Made by a program: the position numbers and the translations under genes | Assembly (NCBI GenBank): GCA_002780305.1 | Contig: PEVD01000019.1 | Location: 1-53,874, forward strand | Length of the DNA stretch: 53,874 nucleotides | Source: Candidatus Shapirobacteria bacterium CG03_land_8_20_14_0_80_40_19 | GTDB taxonomy: Bacteria; Patescibacteriota; Microgenomatia; UM-FILTER-40-11 | Reading direction: 5' to 3' | Notes under the pieces: model-generated | Databases searched by the model: none | The model's input: only the letters and a program-made list of their open reading frames with translations | What the model was told of the DNA's origin: nothing | Shown here: in pieces, positions 15,297-23,732 of the stretch | Numbering within the stretch: position 1 is the stretch's first letter | Layout of the letters: each line of letters begins with the position of its first letter

Positions 15297-16283
15297 ATGT
15301 TGGATAAAAAAACCGCCGAAAAAATTTTAGTCGAAATAAAGAAAGCCAATCGGATTTTGCTTCCGCTCCATATTTCACCGGACGGCGACTGTGTCGGTTC
15401 GGTTTTGGCTATGGATTTGTTTTTAAGATCGCTGGGCAAAAAAACAAAAATTATTTCTTATTCAAAAATCCCCAAAAACTATTTATTTTTGCCGGGGATG
15501 GCGGAGGTTGAAATTGTTGACTTTGCAAAAATAAACTTATCGGATTTTGACCTGCTTGTCTTCCTGGATATTGCCCAGGAAACCATGATTACCAAAAAAC
15601 AGCTCCCCCGGAAATTTCCTTGGAGTTCTAAAAGTATAATTATTGACCATCATTTTACCAATACCAAGTTTGCCGGTATTAATTTAATTGACAAAAAGAC
15701 CAGTTCTTGCGCTGAGTTGCTTTATGATCTTTTTAAATTTTGGAAAATTGAAATTGACAAACAAACCGCCAATTTACTTTTTTTAGGGATTTTTTCCGAT
15801 ACCGGCTGTTTTCAGTATCCTTTAACTTCGGCAAAAACATTTAAAATTGCTTCCGTCTTGATGGAAAAAGGTGCGGATTTAAACCAAATAGTGTTGTTGC
15901 TGTTTCGGTCTTATGGTATAAAAACTTTAAAATACTGGAGTAAGGTGCTTGAAAATATGCGGATTGATGAAAGTGGTAAATTTGTTTGGTCAAAAGTCAG
16001 CCAGGAAGAACTGAAACGGTTAGATATCCAGCCTGAAGACATTGAAGGTGCGGCCAGTTTGTTTTGCCCGGTGATAAAAGGAACGGAATTTGGTATAATT
16101 CTGGATGAATGCGGAGGTTTTATTAAGGGAAGTTTGCGTTCCCGCCAAGGGTTTGATGTTGCCCAAATTGCCGGTAAACTGGGGGGCGGTGGGCATAACC
16201 AAGCGGCCGGGTTTACTTTAAAAATGCCGTTTGGAGAAGCGGAAGAAAAAGTACTGAAGGTGGCGAGAAAAGCAATAAAATAA
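15297..16283 (+). CDS. DHH/DHHA1 phosphoesterase (NrnA-like oligoribonuclease/pAp phosphatase)
   Basis: HISPDGDCVGS, IIIDHH and the GGGH motifs. ATG 15297 follows the upstream stop directly; the track start at 15288 is a GTG. Confidence 0.8.
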   Translation: MLDKKTAEKILVEIKKANRILLPLHISPDGDCVGSVLAMDLFLRSLGKKTKIISYSKIPKNYLFLPGMAEVEIVDFAKINLSDFDLLVFLDIAQETMITKKQLPRKFPWSSKSIIIDHHFTNTKFAGINLIDKKTSSCAELLYDLFKFWKIEIDKQTANLLFLGIFSDTGCFQYPLTSAKTFKIASVLMEKGADLNQIVLLLFRSYGIKTLKYWSKVLENMRIDESGKFVWSKVSQEELKRLDIQPEDIEGAASLFCPVIKGTEFGIILDECGGFIKGSLRSRQGFDVAQIAGKLGGGGHNQAAGFTLKMPFGEAEEKVLKVARKAIK

Positions 16284-16320
16284 ACAAAGACGAAAGCGAG
16301 GTGTGATTAATAAATAAAAA

Positions 16321-16497
16321 ATGGCGACAATTGTTAAAAAACAACCAGGCCAAACGGAAGACCAACTCATTGCCCAATTCAGAAAAAAAGTTTTGATTGA
16401 CGATGTTTTGGGGGAATTAAAAAAAAGAGAATTTTATGTTCCGCCCTCAAGGCAAAAATACGAAAAAAGAAAATCAGGTAAGAAGCCTTCCCGATAA
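16321..16497 (+). CDS. rpsU: 30S ribosomal protein S21 (below the ORF-track length cut-off)
   Basis: Hand translation gives MATIVKKQPGQTEDQLIAQFRKKVLIDDVLGELKKREFYVPPSRQKYEKRKSGKKPSR (58 aa). The FRKK...LKKREFY.PPS..K.EKRK pattern matches bS21. Confidence 0.75.
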   Translation: MATIVKKQPGQTEDQLIAQFRKKVLIDDVLGELKKREFYVPPSRQKYEKRKSGKKPSR

Positions 16498-16499
16498 AA

Positions 16500-16934
16500 A
16501 TGTTAAAGAGTCAAATTGAGCAGCAAATAAAAGAAGCGCTGAAAGCGGGTGACCGCCGATTAGTGGAAACATTGCGTTTTTTGATTTCCGCGGTCAAAAA
16601 TGCCGAAATTGATTCAAGAAGAGACGCGACCGATGAAGATGTGGTAATGGTCGTGCAAAAACAAGTGAAACAGCACCGGGAATCGATTGAAGCTTTTAAA
16701 TCGGCCGGCCGCGACGATCTTTTTCAGGCAGAACAAGCCCAGCTTGAAATATTACAGGGATTTTTACCCCGGCAACTATCGGAGGAAGAAGTAAGAGTTA
16801 TTGTTCAAGACACAGTTTCCTTGCTGCCGGAAGAAGAAAAGAATTTTGGGAAAGTGATGGGAATTATCATGGGAAAAGTTAAAGGAAAGGCAGGCGGAGA
16901 TCTTGTAAGCAAAATTGTTAAAGAAAGTTTATGA
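16500..16934 (+). CDS. GatB/YqeY domain protein
   Basis: MLKSQIEQQIKEALKAGD...LRFLISAVKNAEID...LPRQLSEEEV...MGKVKGKAGGDLVSKIVKE is typical of YqeY. Confidence 0.85.
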   Translation: MLKSQIEQQIKEALKAGDRRLVETLRFLISAVKNAEIDSRRDATDEDVVMVVQKQVKQHRESIEAFKSAGRDDLFQAEQAQLEILQGFLPRQLSEEEVRVIVQDTVSLLPEEEKNFGKVMGIIMGKVKGKAGGDLVSKIVKESL

Positions 16935-17293
16935 ATGTCGTTTTGGTTTCTTCTGAATCGCGTTATCCGTTGAGCCGTCGGAAAATCAAAAAAACAGTTT
17001 TGGACTATTTGGAAAAGACTGGTTTAGACGAGGCGGAGATTTCCATTGCGGTTGTCGGTTCCCGAAAAATAAGGCAGATAAACAAAAAGTGGCGCAATTT
17101 GGACGAGGTGACAACAGTTTTAACTTTTGGGTTGGAAGAGCCAAGGGATGAAAAAGGAATTTTAAGGATAGGGGATATTATAATTTCTTATCCGCAGGCG
17201 CGGGAGATTGCGATTGAGGATGAACTGACGATGGATCAGGCAATCGATAAACTGCTGGTGCACGGGATGGACAATCTTCTTGGTTCAAGATGA
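16931..17293 (+). CDS. ybeY: YbeY-like protein with a degenerate metal site
   Basis: ISIAVVGSRKIRQINKKWRNLDEVTTVLTF matches the YbeY N-terminal core. The canonical HGxLHLxGYDH is replaced by HGMDNLLGSR followed by a stop. Confidence 0.6.
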   Translation: MNVVLVSSESRYPLSRRKIKKTVLDYLEKTGLDEAEISIAVVGSRKIRQINKKWRNLDEVTTVLTFGLEEPRDEKGILRIGDIIISYPQAREIAIEDELTMDQAIDKLLVHGMDNLLGSR

Positions 17294-17295
17294 CA

Positions 17296-17368
17296 AGACA
17301 ACAGGAATAAGTGAATAGTCAAAGATAAAAAGATTATTCACTATTATTCTGTTTCCTGTTATCCTTTA
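17296..17368. repeat. imperfect long hairpin between ybeY-like and dnaX
   Basis: ACAACAGGAATAAGTGAATA ... TATTCACTATTATTCTGTTTCCTGTTAT form complementary arms around an A-rich loop. Confidence 0.45.
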
Positions 17369-17371
17369 TCT

Positions 17372-18838
17372 ATGTCTCGGACTTTTTATCTTAAGTATCG
17401 TCCCCAAACTTTTGCCGATTTGGACAGCACTACCGCCCGTGAGGAATTGATAAAAATATTTTCTTCAGGCAATCTTCCGCAGGCTTTTTTGTTTTCGGGC
17501 ACCAAAGGCATCGGCAAAACTTCCTCCGCCAGGATTGTGGCCAAGGCAATTAACTGCACCGGTAAAAAACCAAATGAATTTGAACCGTGTAATAAGTGCG
17601 ACAACTGTCTTTCGATAACGGCGGGTAATAATGTTGACGTGATGGAAATCGACGCCGCTTCTTTTACAGGAGTTGATGACATTCGGGATTTAAGAGATAA
17701 AATCCGCCTATCCCCGGCAAGTTTGAAGTATAAAGTTTTTATAATTGACGAAGTTCATCGTTTAAGCGGGTCAGCTTTTGATGCGCTTTTAAAAACTTTG
17801 GAAGAACCTCCACAGCACGTAATTTTTATTCTTTGTACGACTGATCCGGAAAAATTACCCAAAACGATTGTTTCCCGCTGTCAGCGGATTGCCTTTCACA
17901 AAGCGACCAAAAAAGAAATTGTGGAGAGGCTGAAAAAAAACTGTCTCGCGGAAGGACTGGAATTTGAGGAAGAAGCCCTGGTGCAAATTGTAAAAATATC
18001 CGAGGGCAGTTTTAGAGATGCGGTTAAAATTTTGGAACAGGTTTCTTTCTCCGGGAAGATTACTCTTGGGGAAGTCGATAAAATTGCCGGGATTTCCGGA
18101 GAATATAAACCGCAGGATTTACTGCACCTTTTGGCGGCAAGACAAACCAAAGAGGCGCTTTTATGGATCGGTCGGGCGGTTGAGGCGGGGGTAAGTTTAA
18201 AGATTCTCTTGGAAAATTTACTTGAAATTTTGAGAATAATAATTTTGTTTGAGTATGGGGTTGAAGAGGAAAAAGTTGAGGTTAATCTTACCGGCGGGCA
18301 GGCGAGGCAGCTGATTGATTTGCTCGCCTTGGCTTACACCGAGATGAAATTTGCGGTTATTCCTCAACTGCCGCTGGAGATGGCGGTGATTGAATGGTCC
18401 TCCTTCGTCCCGATGGTTATCGGGGCTTCGGAGGATAAAAGTGAAATAAAAAAAGAAAAAATTTCTCCGTTGTCCAATGCCAAATTTGTCCTTGAAGAAA
18501 TTCAGGCTAAATGGCCGGAAATTTTAGAGAGGGTTAAACCGCTCAATCATTCAGTTTTGGCTTTTCTTAAAGCCTGCCGGCCAAAGGCAGTTGAAGGAAA
18601 TTTTCTGATTTTGGAAGTCTTTTATAAATTCCACAAAGACCAATTAGAGTCAGAAAAATGCCGGCGTGTTTTTGAAAAAGCCGCTTCCGAAGTTTTGAAT
18701 GATAAAGTGTTGTTAAAATGTGTGCTAAGCGATGAAAAACCAGCTAAACTGAATTCGGTTCCTTTACCAAAACCGAGCATCAAAAACGAAGACGAAGATG
18801 ATATAATTAAAGTGGCGGAAGAAATATTTAATAACTAA
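17372..18838 (+). CDS. dnaX: DNA polymerase III subunit gamma/tau
   Basis: GTKGIGKTS Walker A, zinc module CNKCDNC, DEVH box, and sensor motifs (SRCQR). Confidence 0.9.
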   Translation: MSRTFYLKYRPQTFADLDSTTAREELIKIFSSGNLPQAFLFSGTKGIGKTSSARIVAKAINCTGKKPNEFEPCNKCDNCLSITAGNNVDVMEIDAASFTGVDDIRDLRDKIRLSPASLKYKVFIIDEVHRLSGSAFDALLKTLEEPPQHVIFILCTTDPEKLPKTIVSRCQRIAFHKATKKEIVERLKKNCLAEGLEFEEEALVQIVKISEGSFRDAVKILEQVSFSGKITLGEVDKIAGISGEYKPQDLLHLLAARQTKEALLWIGRAVEAGVSLKILLENLLEILRIIILFEYGVEEEKVEVNLTGGQARQLIDLLALAYTEMKFAVIPQLPLEMAVIEWSSFVPMVIGASEDKSEIKKEKISPLSNAKFVLEEIQAKWPEILERVKPLNHSVLAFLKACRPKAVEGNFLILEVFYKFHKDQLESEKCRRVFEKAASEVLNDKVLLKCVLSDEKPAKLNSVPLPKPSIKNEDEDDIIKVAEEIFNN

Positions 18839-18852
18839 TATATTTTAAGGTT

Positions 18853-18958
18853 GAGGATGGGAAATGAGATGTGCGTCGGGAGGTGAGAGTGAGAAGTGTG
18901 TAAAAATGAACTCACCCTCACTTCTTATCCTCGACTCAATTCTCACATCTCATCCACA
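18853..18958. repeat. ~105-nt purine/pyrimidine-skewed imperfect palindrome between dnaX and the ybaB-like gene
   Basis: The left arm GAGGATGGGAAATGAGATGTG..GGAGGTGAGAGTGAGAAGTG is complementary to the right arm CTCACCCTCACTTCTTATCCTC..CACATCTCATCC. Confidence 0.45.
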
Positions 18959-18970
18959 CCCTGATGAATT

Positions 18971-19249
18971 ATGTTTAATCCATTAAAAGGACTAGGTGAC
19001 TTAAATCAAATGCGTAAGCAGGCGATGGAACTGCAAAAGCAATTGCAGGATGAAAAAATTGAAATAGATGAAGACGGTGTCCGGATTGTGATTTCCGGGG
19101 ACCAAAAAATATTGGAATTTGAAAACAGGGATGTCTCAGACGAAACCGTGAGAAACAAATTGAATAAAGCGATTAAGTCATCCCAGGAAGTAGCGGCCAG
19201 AAAACTTTCTTCCATGACCGGCGGACTGCAGGGACTTTTGGGCAAATAA
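18971..19249 (+). CDS. YbaB/EbfC-family nucleoid-associated protein
   Basis: 92 aa. The pattern MRKQAMELQKQLQ...V.ISGDQKI..... is typical of YbaB, and it sits in the conserved dnaX-ybaB-recR order. Confidence 0.85.
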   Translation: MFNPLKGLGDLNQMRKQAMELQKQLQDEKIEIDEDGVRIVISGDQKILEFENRDVSDETVRNKLNKAIKSSQEVAARKLSSMTGGLQGLLGK

Positions 19250-19396
19250 TTTCTTTTCAATTTTTTGAGGCCAAGTTTTTGTCTTTCGTGCGTAAAAAAT
19301 TCATTAGTTTAGCGTAATAAACAAATTGTGCGTGGAAGACTAAAAAAAGAGGCTGAGTGGTTTTTGGAATTTTTTTGAATAAAAATTTATGATTTG

Positions 19397-19405
19397 TGGT
19401 AGAAT
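19397..19405 (+). promoter_or_regulatory. extended -10 (TGgTAGAAT) 6 nt upstream of the recR ATG
   Basis: TGGTAGAAT-TTCTTC-ATG; no SD. Confidence 0.45.
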
Positions 19406-19411
19406 TTCTTC

Positions 19412-20053
19412 ATGCAGATTCCAAGAGCGATTTCAAATTTAGTTGAGGCTTTTGAAAAGTTGCCCGGCATCGGACCGAAAACCGCCCAAAGGCTGACTTT
19501 TTATTTACTCCATGTTCCCCAGGAAATGCTCGAAGAATTTGCCTCTTCCCTGCAGAATCTTAAAAAAAATACCGTTTTATGTTCAATTTGTTTTAATGTG
19601 GCTGAGCATGATCCCTGTCTGCTTTGTTCCGACCGGAACCGCGATCATAGTATGATTTGCGTCGTGGAACAACCGCTGGATGTTTTGGCTCTTGACCGGA
19701 ACGGGCACTACAAGGGGGTTTATCATGTCCTGCACGGGGCAATTTCACCCCTGAACAATATCGGGCCGGATGATATTAAAATAAAAGAATTATTAGATAG
19801 AGTTTCAGAGACGCCCGCCGATTCGGCGGGTTTCAAAGTTTCAGAAATCATTTTAGCGACTAACTCCAATATGGAGGGTGAGGCTACGGCAATGTATATC
19901 GCGAAAGAACTACAAAGATGCAAAGATATAGAGAAGCAGAGTTTCAAAGTTACGCGGTTGGCGCATGGGTTGCCCGTTGGCGGGGATGTGGAATATGCCG
20001 ATGAAGTAACTCTCCAAAGAGCTTTGGAGGGCCGGCGAGAGTATGGGGTATAA
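19412..20053 (+). CDS. recR: recombination protein RecR
   Basis: LPGIGPKTAQRL helix-hairpin-helix, a C4 zinc finger (CSICFNV...CLLC), and a Toprim region. Confidence 0.9.
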   Translation: MQIPRAISNLVEAFEKLPGIGPKTAQRLTFYLLHVPQEMLEEFASSLQNLKKNTVLCSICFNVAEHDPCLLCSDRNRDHSMICVVEQPLDVLALDRNGHYKGVYHVLHGAISPLNNIGPDDIKIKELLDRVSETPADSAGFKVSEIILATNSNMEGEATAMYIAKELQRCKDIEKQSFKVTRLAHGLPVGGDVEYADEVTLQRALEGRREYGV

Positions 20054-20156
20054 TAATTTAAAATTAATTTTAAAAAGAAACGAATTTTTAATGTTTAAAA
20101 ATTAAATAATTTAGATTTGATTAAAAATTTGAAATTAAAAATTAAAAATTAAGTTT

Positions 20157-20543
20157 ATGGTCAATAAAATAGTTGCCGATTCTTTTGAAACTTTAGGTGG
20201 GGCGGTTAAACAAGTTGGAGATGATATTGCCGAAAATCTCGGATTAAAACCGGTTGATTCGGCGGGTACTTCCGAACAGACAGGTCAACAGCAACAACAG
20301 GCCCAAGCCAGCCGGATAAAAAAATCGGTTGCCCGCTATCGTCAGCTTCAAGAAGAAATTAAGCAGTTGCAGACAAAAAGAAGCCAGGAAATGGTAAAAT
20401 ACGGGGAGCCCGGTTTTACTGACGAGCAAAAACAGCAAAGCCGGATAAAACAGTTAGAGGTAGGAAAGGAAGATAAATTGCCGCCGTTACCTGTCCAGCG
20501 GGCTTCCAAAAAAACCGAAAGCCTGCGAGGTGTAAGCGGATAG
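20157..20543 (+). CDS. hypothetical Gln/Lys-rich coiled-coil protein
   Basis: 128-aa ORF with ATG start; no recognisable family. Confidence 0.45.
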   Translation: MVNKIVADSFETLGGAVKQVGDDIAENLGLKPVDSAGTSEQTGQQQQQAQASRIKKSVARYRQLQEEIKQLQTKRSQEMVKYGEPGFTDEQKQQSRIKQLEVGKEDKLPPLPVQRASKKTESLRGVSG

Positions 20544-20748
20544 TTACATAAATGAAAGAAAATAGAAACTCTGCTAAAGACAAGGTATGATGAAGAAAAA
20601 GGCAAGGGATTATTGAATGATACTTTTAGTTTTGAACTAGGAGAAGTCGTGAGGTTAAAAACGGTTTCTATTTCAGGTCAGGGAGAGAGAGGGGATTTCA
20701 GTCGAATCTGGGAGAGATTTAATTTACCGTGCTTTACCTAAAACAACA

Positions 20749-22137
20749 ATGAAACTTTATAATACTCTTTCCCGTAAACTTGAGGATTTTAAACCAATTT
20801 CCGATAAAGAAGTCGGTATTTATTCCTGCGGCCCGACGGTTTATTGGAATCAGCATATCGGCCATATGTATGCCTATACCCAATGGGACTGTTTGGTGAG
20901 AACTTTCAAATACCTGGGTTATAAAGTCAGATGGATAATGAACATAACGGATGTCGGCCATATGACCTCAGATGAGGATACCGGTGAAGACAAAATGGAA
21001 AAGGGGGCCAAAAGAGAAGGGAAAAGTGTTTGGGGTATTGCGGATGAATATCTTGCTCAGTTTAAGGGAAGCTTAAAACTTCTTAATATTCAAGAGCCGG
21101 ATGTTTTGTGCCGGGCGACCGAGCATATAAATGAGCAAATCGAGTTAATCAAGAAAATAGAGAAGAACGGATTTACTTATCGCACCCAAACGGGGCTGGT
21201 TTTTGATACTTCTAAATTTCCCGGTTATGCTGATTTTGCCAAATTAAATTTAGATGAGCAAAACTCCGGGTTAAGAGTGAAAATTGATCCGGAAAAGAAA
21301 AAACCCTGGGATTTTTTGCTTTGGGTTACTAATCAACCCGGTCACGTTATGCAGTGGGACAGTCCTTGGGGAAAGGGTTTTCCCGGCTGGCATATCGAAT
21401 GTACGGCGATGTCGATTAAATATTTGGGTGAGCAGTTTGATATCCATACCGGCGGTAAAGAACATATTCCGGTCCACCATACTAATGAAATTGCTCAAGC
21501 TTTTGGTGCTTTTGGCCGTCAAACCGCAAATTATTGGTTGCACAATGAATGGCTGGCTTTTGACGGCCAAAAAATCAGCAAGTCGTTGGGGAATTCGATT
21601 TTGGTTTCTGATTTGCAGGAAAAAGGTTTTGATCCGTTGGCTCTGCGCTATTTGATTTTGACTTCCCATTACCGTTCAGGGTTAAATTTTACCGAGGCAA
21701 GTTTAGAGGCGGCTTGTGTTGCTCTTGATAAACTTAGGAATCGATTTAAGGAGTGGGGAAGCGAAAGAAAAGAAAAGATCGGTCTTTCGGTGCAAGCCCA
21801 GGGGTTTAATAGTAGTTTCAAATCAGCTCTTTCAAACGACTTGCAAATGCCTCAAGCCTTGGCGGTTTTATGGACAATGGTTGACGACAAACAAATTAAT
21901 AAGTCGGAAAAATTTGAACTTTTAAAAAATTGGGAGAAGGTATTGGGTTTGAAGCTGGATAAGAAACCAGAAGTATTAGAAATACCGCAAGAAGTAAAAG
22001 ATTTATTGGGTAAGAGAGAAAAATTGAGGGATGAGAAAAAATGGGAAGGATCTGATGAAATCAGAAAAAAAATTGAAAGTTTAGGCTGGGTTGTTGATGA
22101 TACAAAAGAAGGATCTATTGTAAAATTGAAGAAGTGA
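20749..22137 (+). CDS. cysS: cysteine--tRNA ligase
   Basis: HIGH-type motif (HIGHMY), the KMSKS variant KISKS, and overall class I CysRS architecture. Confidence 0.92.
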   Translation: MKLYNTLSRKLEDFKPISDKEVGIYSCGPTVYWNQHIGHMYAYTQWDCLVRTFKYLGYKVRWIMNITDVGHMTSDEDTGEDKMEKGAKREGKSVWGIADEYLAQFKGSLKLLNIQEPDVLCRATEHINEQIELIKKIEKNGFTYRTQTGLVFDTSKFPGYADFAKLNLDEQNSGLRVKIDPEKKKPWDFLLWVTNQPGHVMQWDSPWGKGFPGWHIECTAMSIKYLGEQFDIHTGGKEHIPVHHTNEIAQAFGAFGRQTANYWLHNEWLAFDGQKISKSLGNSILVSDLQEKGFDPLALRYLILTSHYRSGLNFTEASLEAACVALDKLRNRFKEWGSERKEKIGLSVQAQGFNSSFKSALSNDLQMPQALAVLWTMVDDKQINKSEKFELLKNWEKVLGLKLDKKPEVLEIPQEVKDLLGKREKLRDEKKWEGSDEIRKKIESLGWVVDDTKEGSIVKLKK

Positions 22138-22784
22138 AAAAAGGTTTAATTATTTTATTGTGCCTTATCGGTCTACTGGAGGTTGGGAATTTGGTTTTTT
22201 TGGACTGGCAGTACATTAGCAAGAGTAAGAGTAAAAGTGAAGTTCAATTTGCAGACTGGAAGGATGAAGAAGATAAGCTTGCTACCGCTTCCTGCGAGCT
22301 TTCGTGCAAAGAAATTATTGAGGAGGAAATTCAGCAGGAGTTGGCCAAACTGCCTGCCTTAGCGGGTCAAAGTTCGGTCTCGCCGGCGGCTCCTTTAAAG
22401 ATTCCTACCCAGTCAAACAACAAGCCAAAAATTGTTTATGTTCCCTTAATTACCGATGGTAGCGTTTCCGCCGCCGAATGGACGGGTATTGTTCCTTCCG
22501 AATTTTATTTTGATCCGGCGAATTATCCAAGCGCCAAAGAATTTCGTTTTGAAGCATATTTGTCTTCGGCAAATGACGATCGGGGTTTTGCCCGCCTTTA
22601 TGACGCGACAAACAAAAGGGGAGTGGATTTCAGCGACCTGTCTTTTAATAAAAGCGAATTTACACGGATTGAATCAAGCGCGGTTAAGATCTGGAACGGC
22701 AATAATAAATACACCATCCAACTTCGGTCGGTAAACGGGACAAAGGTTCAGGTAAAAGAAGCGAAACTAAAAATTTATTATTAA
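22134..22784 (+). CDS. membrane-anchored hypothetical protein
   Basis: The GTG start overlaps the cysS stop. It has an N-terminal TM helix; the remainder has no recognisable motif. Confidence 0.45.
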   Translation: MKKGLIILLCLIGLLEVGNLVFLDWQYISKSKSKSEVQFADWKDEEDKLATASCELSCKEIIEEEIQQELAKLPALAGQSSVSPAAPLKIPTQSNNKPKIVYVPLITDGSVSAAEWTGIVPSEFYFDPANYPSAKEFRFEAYLSSANDDRGFARLYDATNKRGVDFSDLSFNKSEFTRIESSAVKIWNGNNKYTIQLRSVNGTKVQVKEAKLKIYY

Positions 22785-22791
22785 TTTTTTT

Positions 22792-23697
22792 TTAAAGATT
22801 TCCCCCGTAAACAAAAGCCAGTCCCTGTTTCTGTCCGATCTCTTTGGCTTTCATTATTGTTTTAATTGGAGTGGGCGGAGTATCGGTCATTCTTGCATGC
22901 GGAAAAAAGCGGGTGACGTGCCAGGGGGTTTGGGAGCCTAAATTTTTGACAATCCAGGCAGCAATATTTTTCAGGTCTTTTTCGTCATCGTTCCAGCCGG
23001 GGATAATATTGGTGACGCATTCGATGTGAATTTTAGGATATTTATCATGAACGTACTTGGTGGTGTCAAAAACTCCTTTTGCCCGAGGAATACCGATTAA
23101 TTTTTGATAAAAGTTATCAGATGGGCTTTTTAAATCAACCCGGTAAATATCCAGATACGGGGCAATAACATCAATAGCCTGAGTGGTGGCATAGCCGTTG
23201 GTGACCCAACAGGTATACATATCGAAATTTCTAGTTTCTAATTTCAAATTTCTAATTTCTTTACAACAATCCAAAGAGTATTCAAGCCATATTGCCGGTT
23301 CGTTATAGGTAAAAGCAATGCCGTCCGCTTTAAGTTTTATGGCCATTTTCACTACCTGCGCCGGAGACAGATATTTTTCGTTTTTTAAGTTTAGAAGCGA
23401 GCAGTCGACATAGCTGATTTCGGAGTTTTGGCAAAATTGGCAGCGGAAATTACAACCATAGGTTCCCAGAGAAAGGCACATCGAGCCGGGCCGGAAACGG
23501 TAAACCGGTTTTTTCTCAATCGGATCAAGATTAATGGAGGAGACAATGCCGTAAATTGAGGAATATAACCGGCCGTCTTTATTAATCCTGGTTTGACAAA
23601 ACCCCCAGCCGTTGTTTTCCACCACGCATTTTTTTTGGCAGGTTAAACAACGGACGGATTTATTTTTAAGTTTTTGGTAAAGAAGAGCTTCATGCAT
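22792..23697 (-). CDS. AmmeMemoRadiSam-system radical SAM enzyme (AmrS-like)
   Basis: CNFRCQFCQN cluster motif, N-terminal Cys-rich region (CLTCQKKC...CQTR), and VTNGY. ATG 23697 (MHEALLYQ) is preferred over the track start at 23733. Confidence 0.8.
   Translation of the reverse strand: MHEALLYQKLKNKSVRCLTCQKKCVVENNGWGFCQTRINKDGRLYSSIYGIVSSINLDPIEKKPVYRFRPGSMCLSLGTYGCNFRCQFCQNSEISYVDCSLLNLKNEKYLSPAQVVKMAIKLKADGIAFTYNEPAIWLEYSLDCCKEIRNLKLETRNFDMYTCWVTNGYATTQAIDVIAPYLDIYRVDLKSPSDNFYQKLIGIPRAKGVFDTTKYVHDKYPKIHIECVTNIIPGWNDDEKDLKNIAAWIVKNLGSQTPWHVTRFFPHARMTDTPPTPIKTIMKAKEIGQKQGLAFVYGGNL
23224..23259. repeat. in-frame low-complexity TTCTAA/GAAATT oligo-repeat inside the radical SAM gene
   Basis: GAAATTTCTAGTTTCTAATTTCAAATTTCTAATTTC translates on the minus strand as EIRNLKLETRNF. 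The same vocabulary forms the intergenic hairpins at 3786-3810 and 6100-6270. Confidence 0.5.
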
Positions 23698-23704
23698 TTT
23701 TTTT

Positions 23705-23710
23705 ATTTTA
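23705..23710 (-). promoter_or_regulatory. -10 box (TAAAAT) 7 nt upstream of the radical SAM ATG
   Basis: Minus strand reads TAAAAT-AAAAAAA-ATG. It lies back-to-back with the ruvC -10 box. Confidence 0.35.
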
Positions 23711-23720
23711 AAAGAACCTG

Positions 23721-23726
23721 TATAAT
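23721..23726 (+). promoter_or_regulatory. -10 box (TATAAT) 6 nt upstream of the ruvC ATG
   Basis: TGTATAAT-AAATCA-ATG. Confidence 0.45.
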
Positions 23727-23732
23727 AAATCA

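Noticed and set aside
20660-20700. AGGTCAGG followed by GAGA, reminiscent of the SRP RNA helix 8 apex.
   Set aside because: The 3' side is also purine-rich (GAGGGGA), so no helix can form, and the conserved AGCA bulge is absent.
20544-20748. Possible T-box or other riboswitch leader in the 205-nt gap upstream of cysS.
   Set aside because: The length is right, but I cannot find the conserved T-box sequence (…GGUGGNACCGCG…) or a terminator/antiterminator pair. Only a weak TTTACCGTG resemblance is present. A covariance-model scan would be needed.
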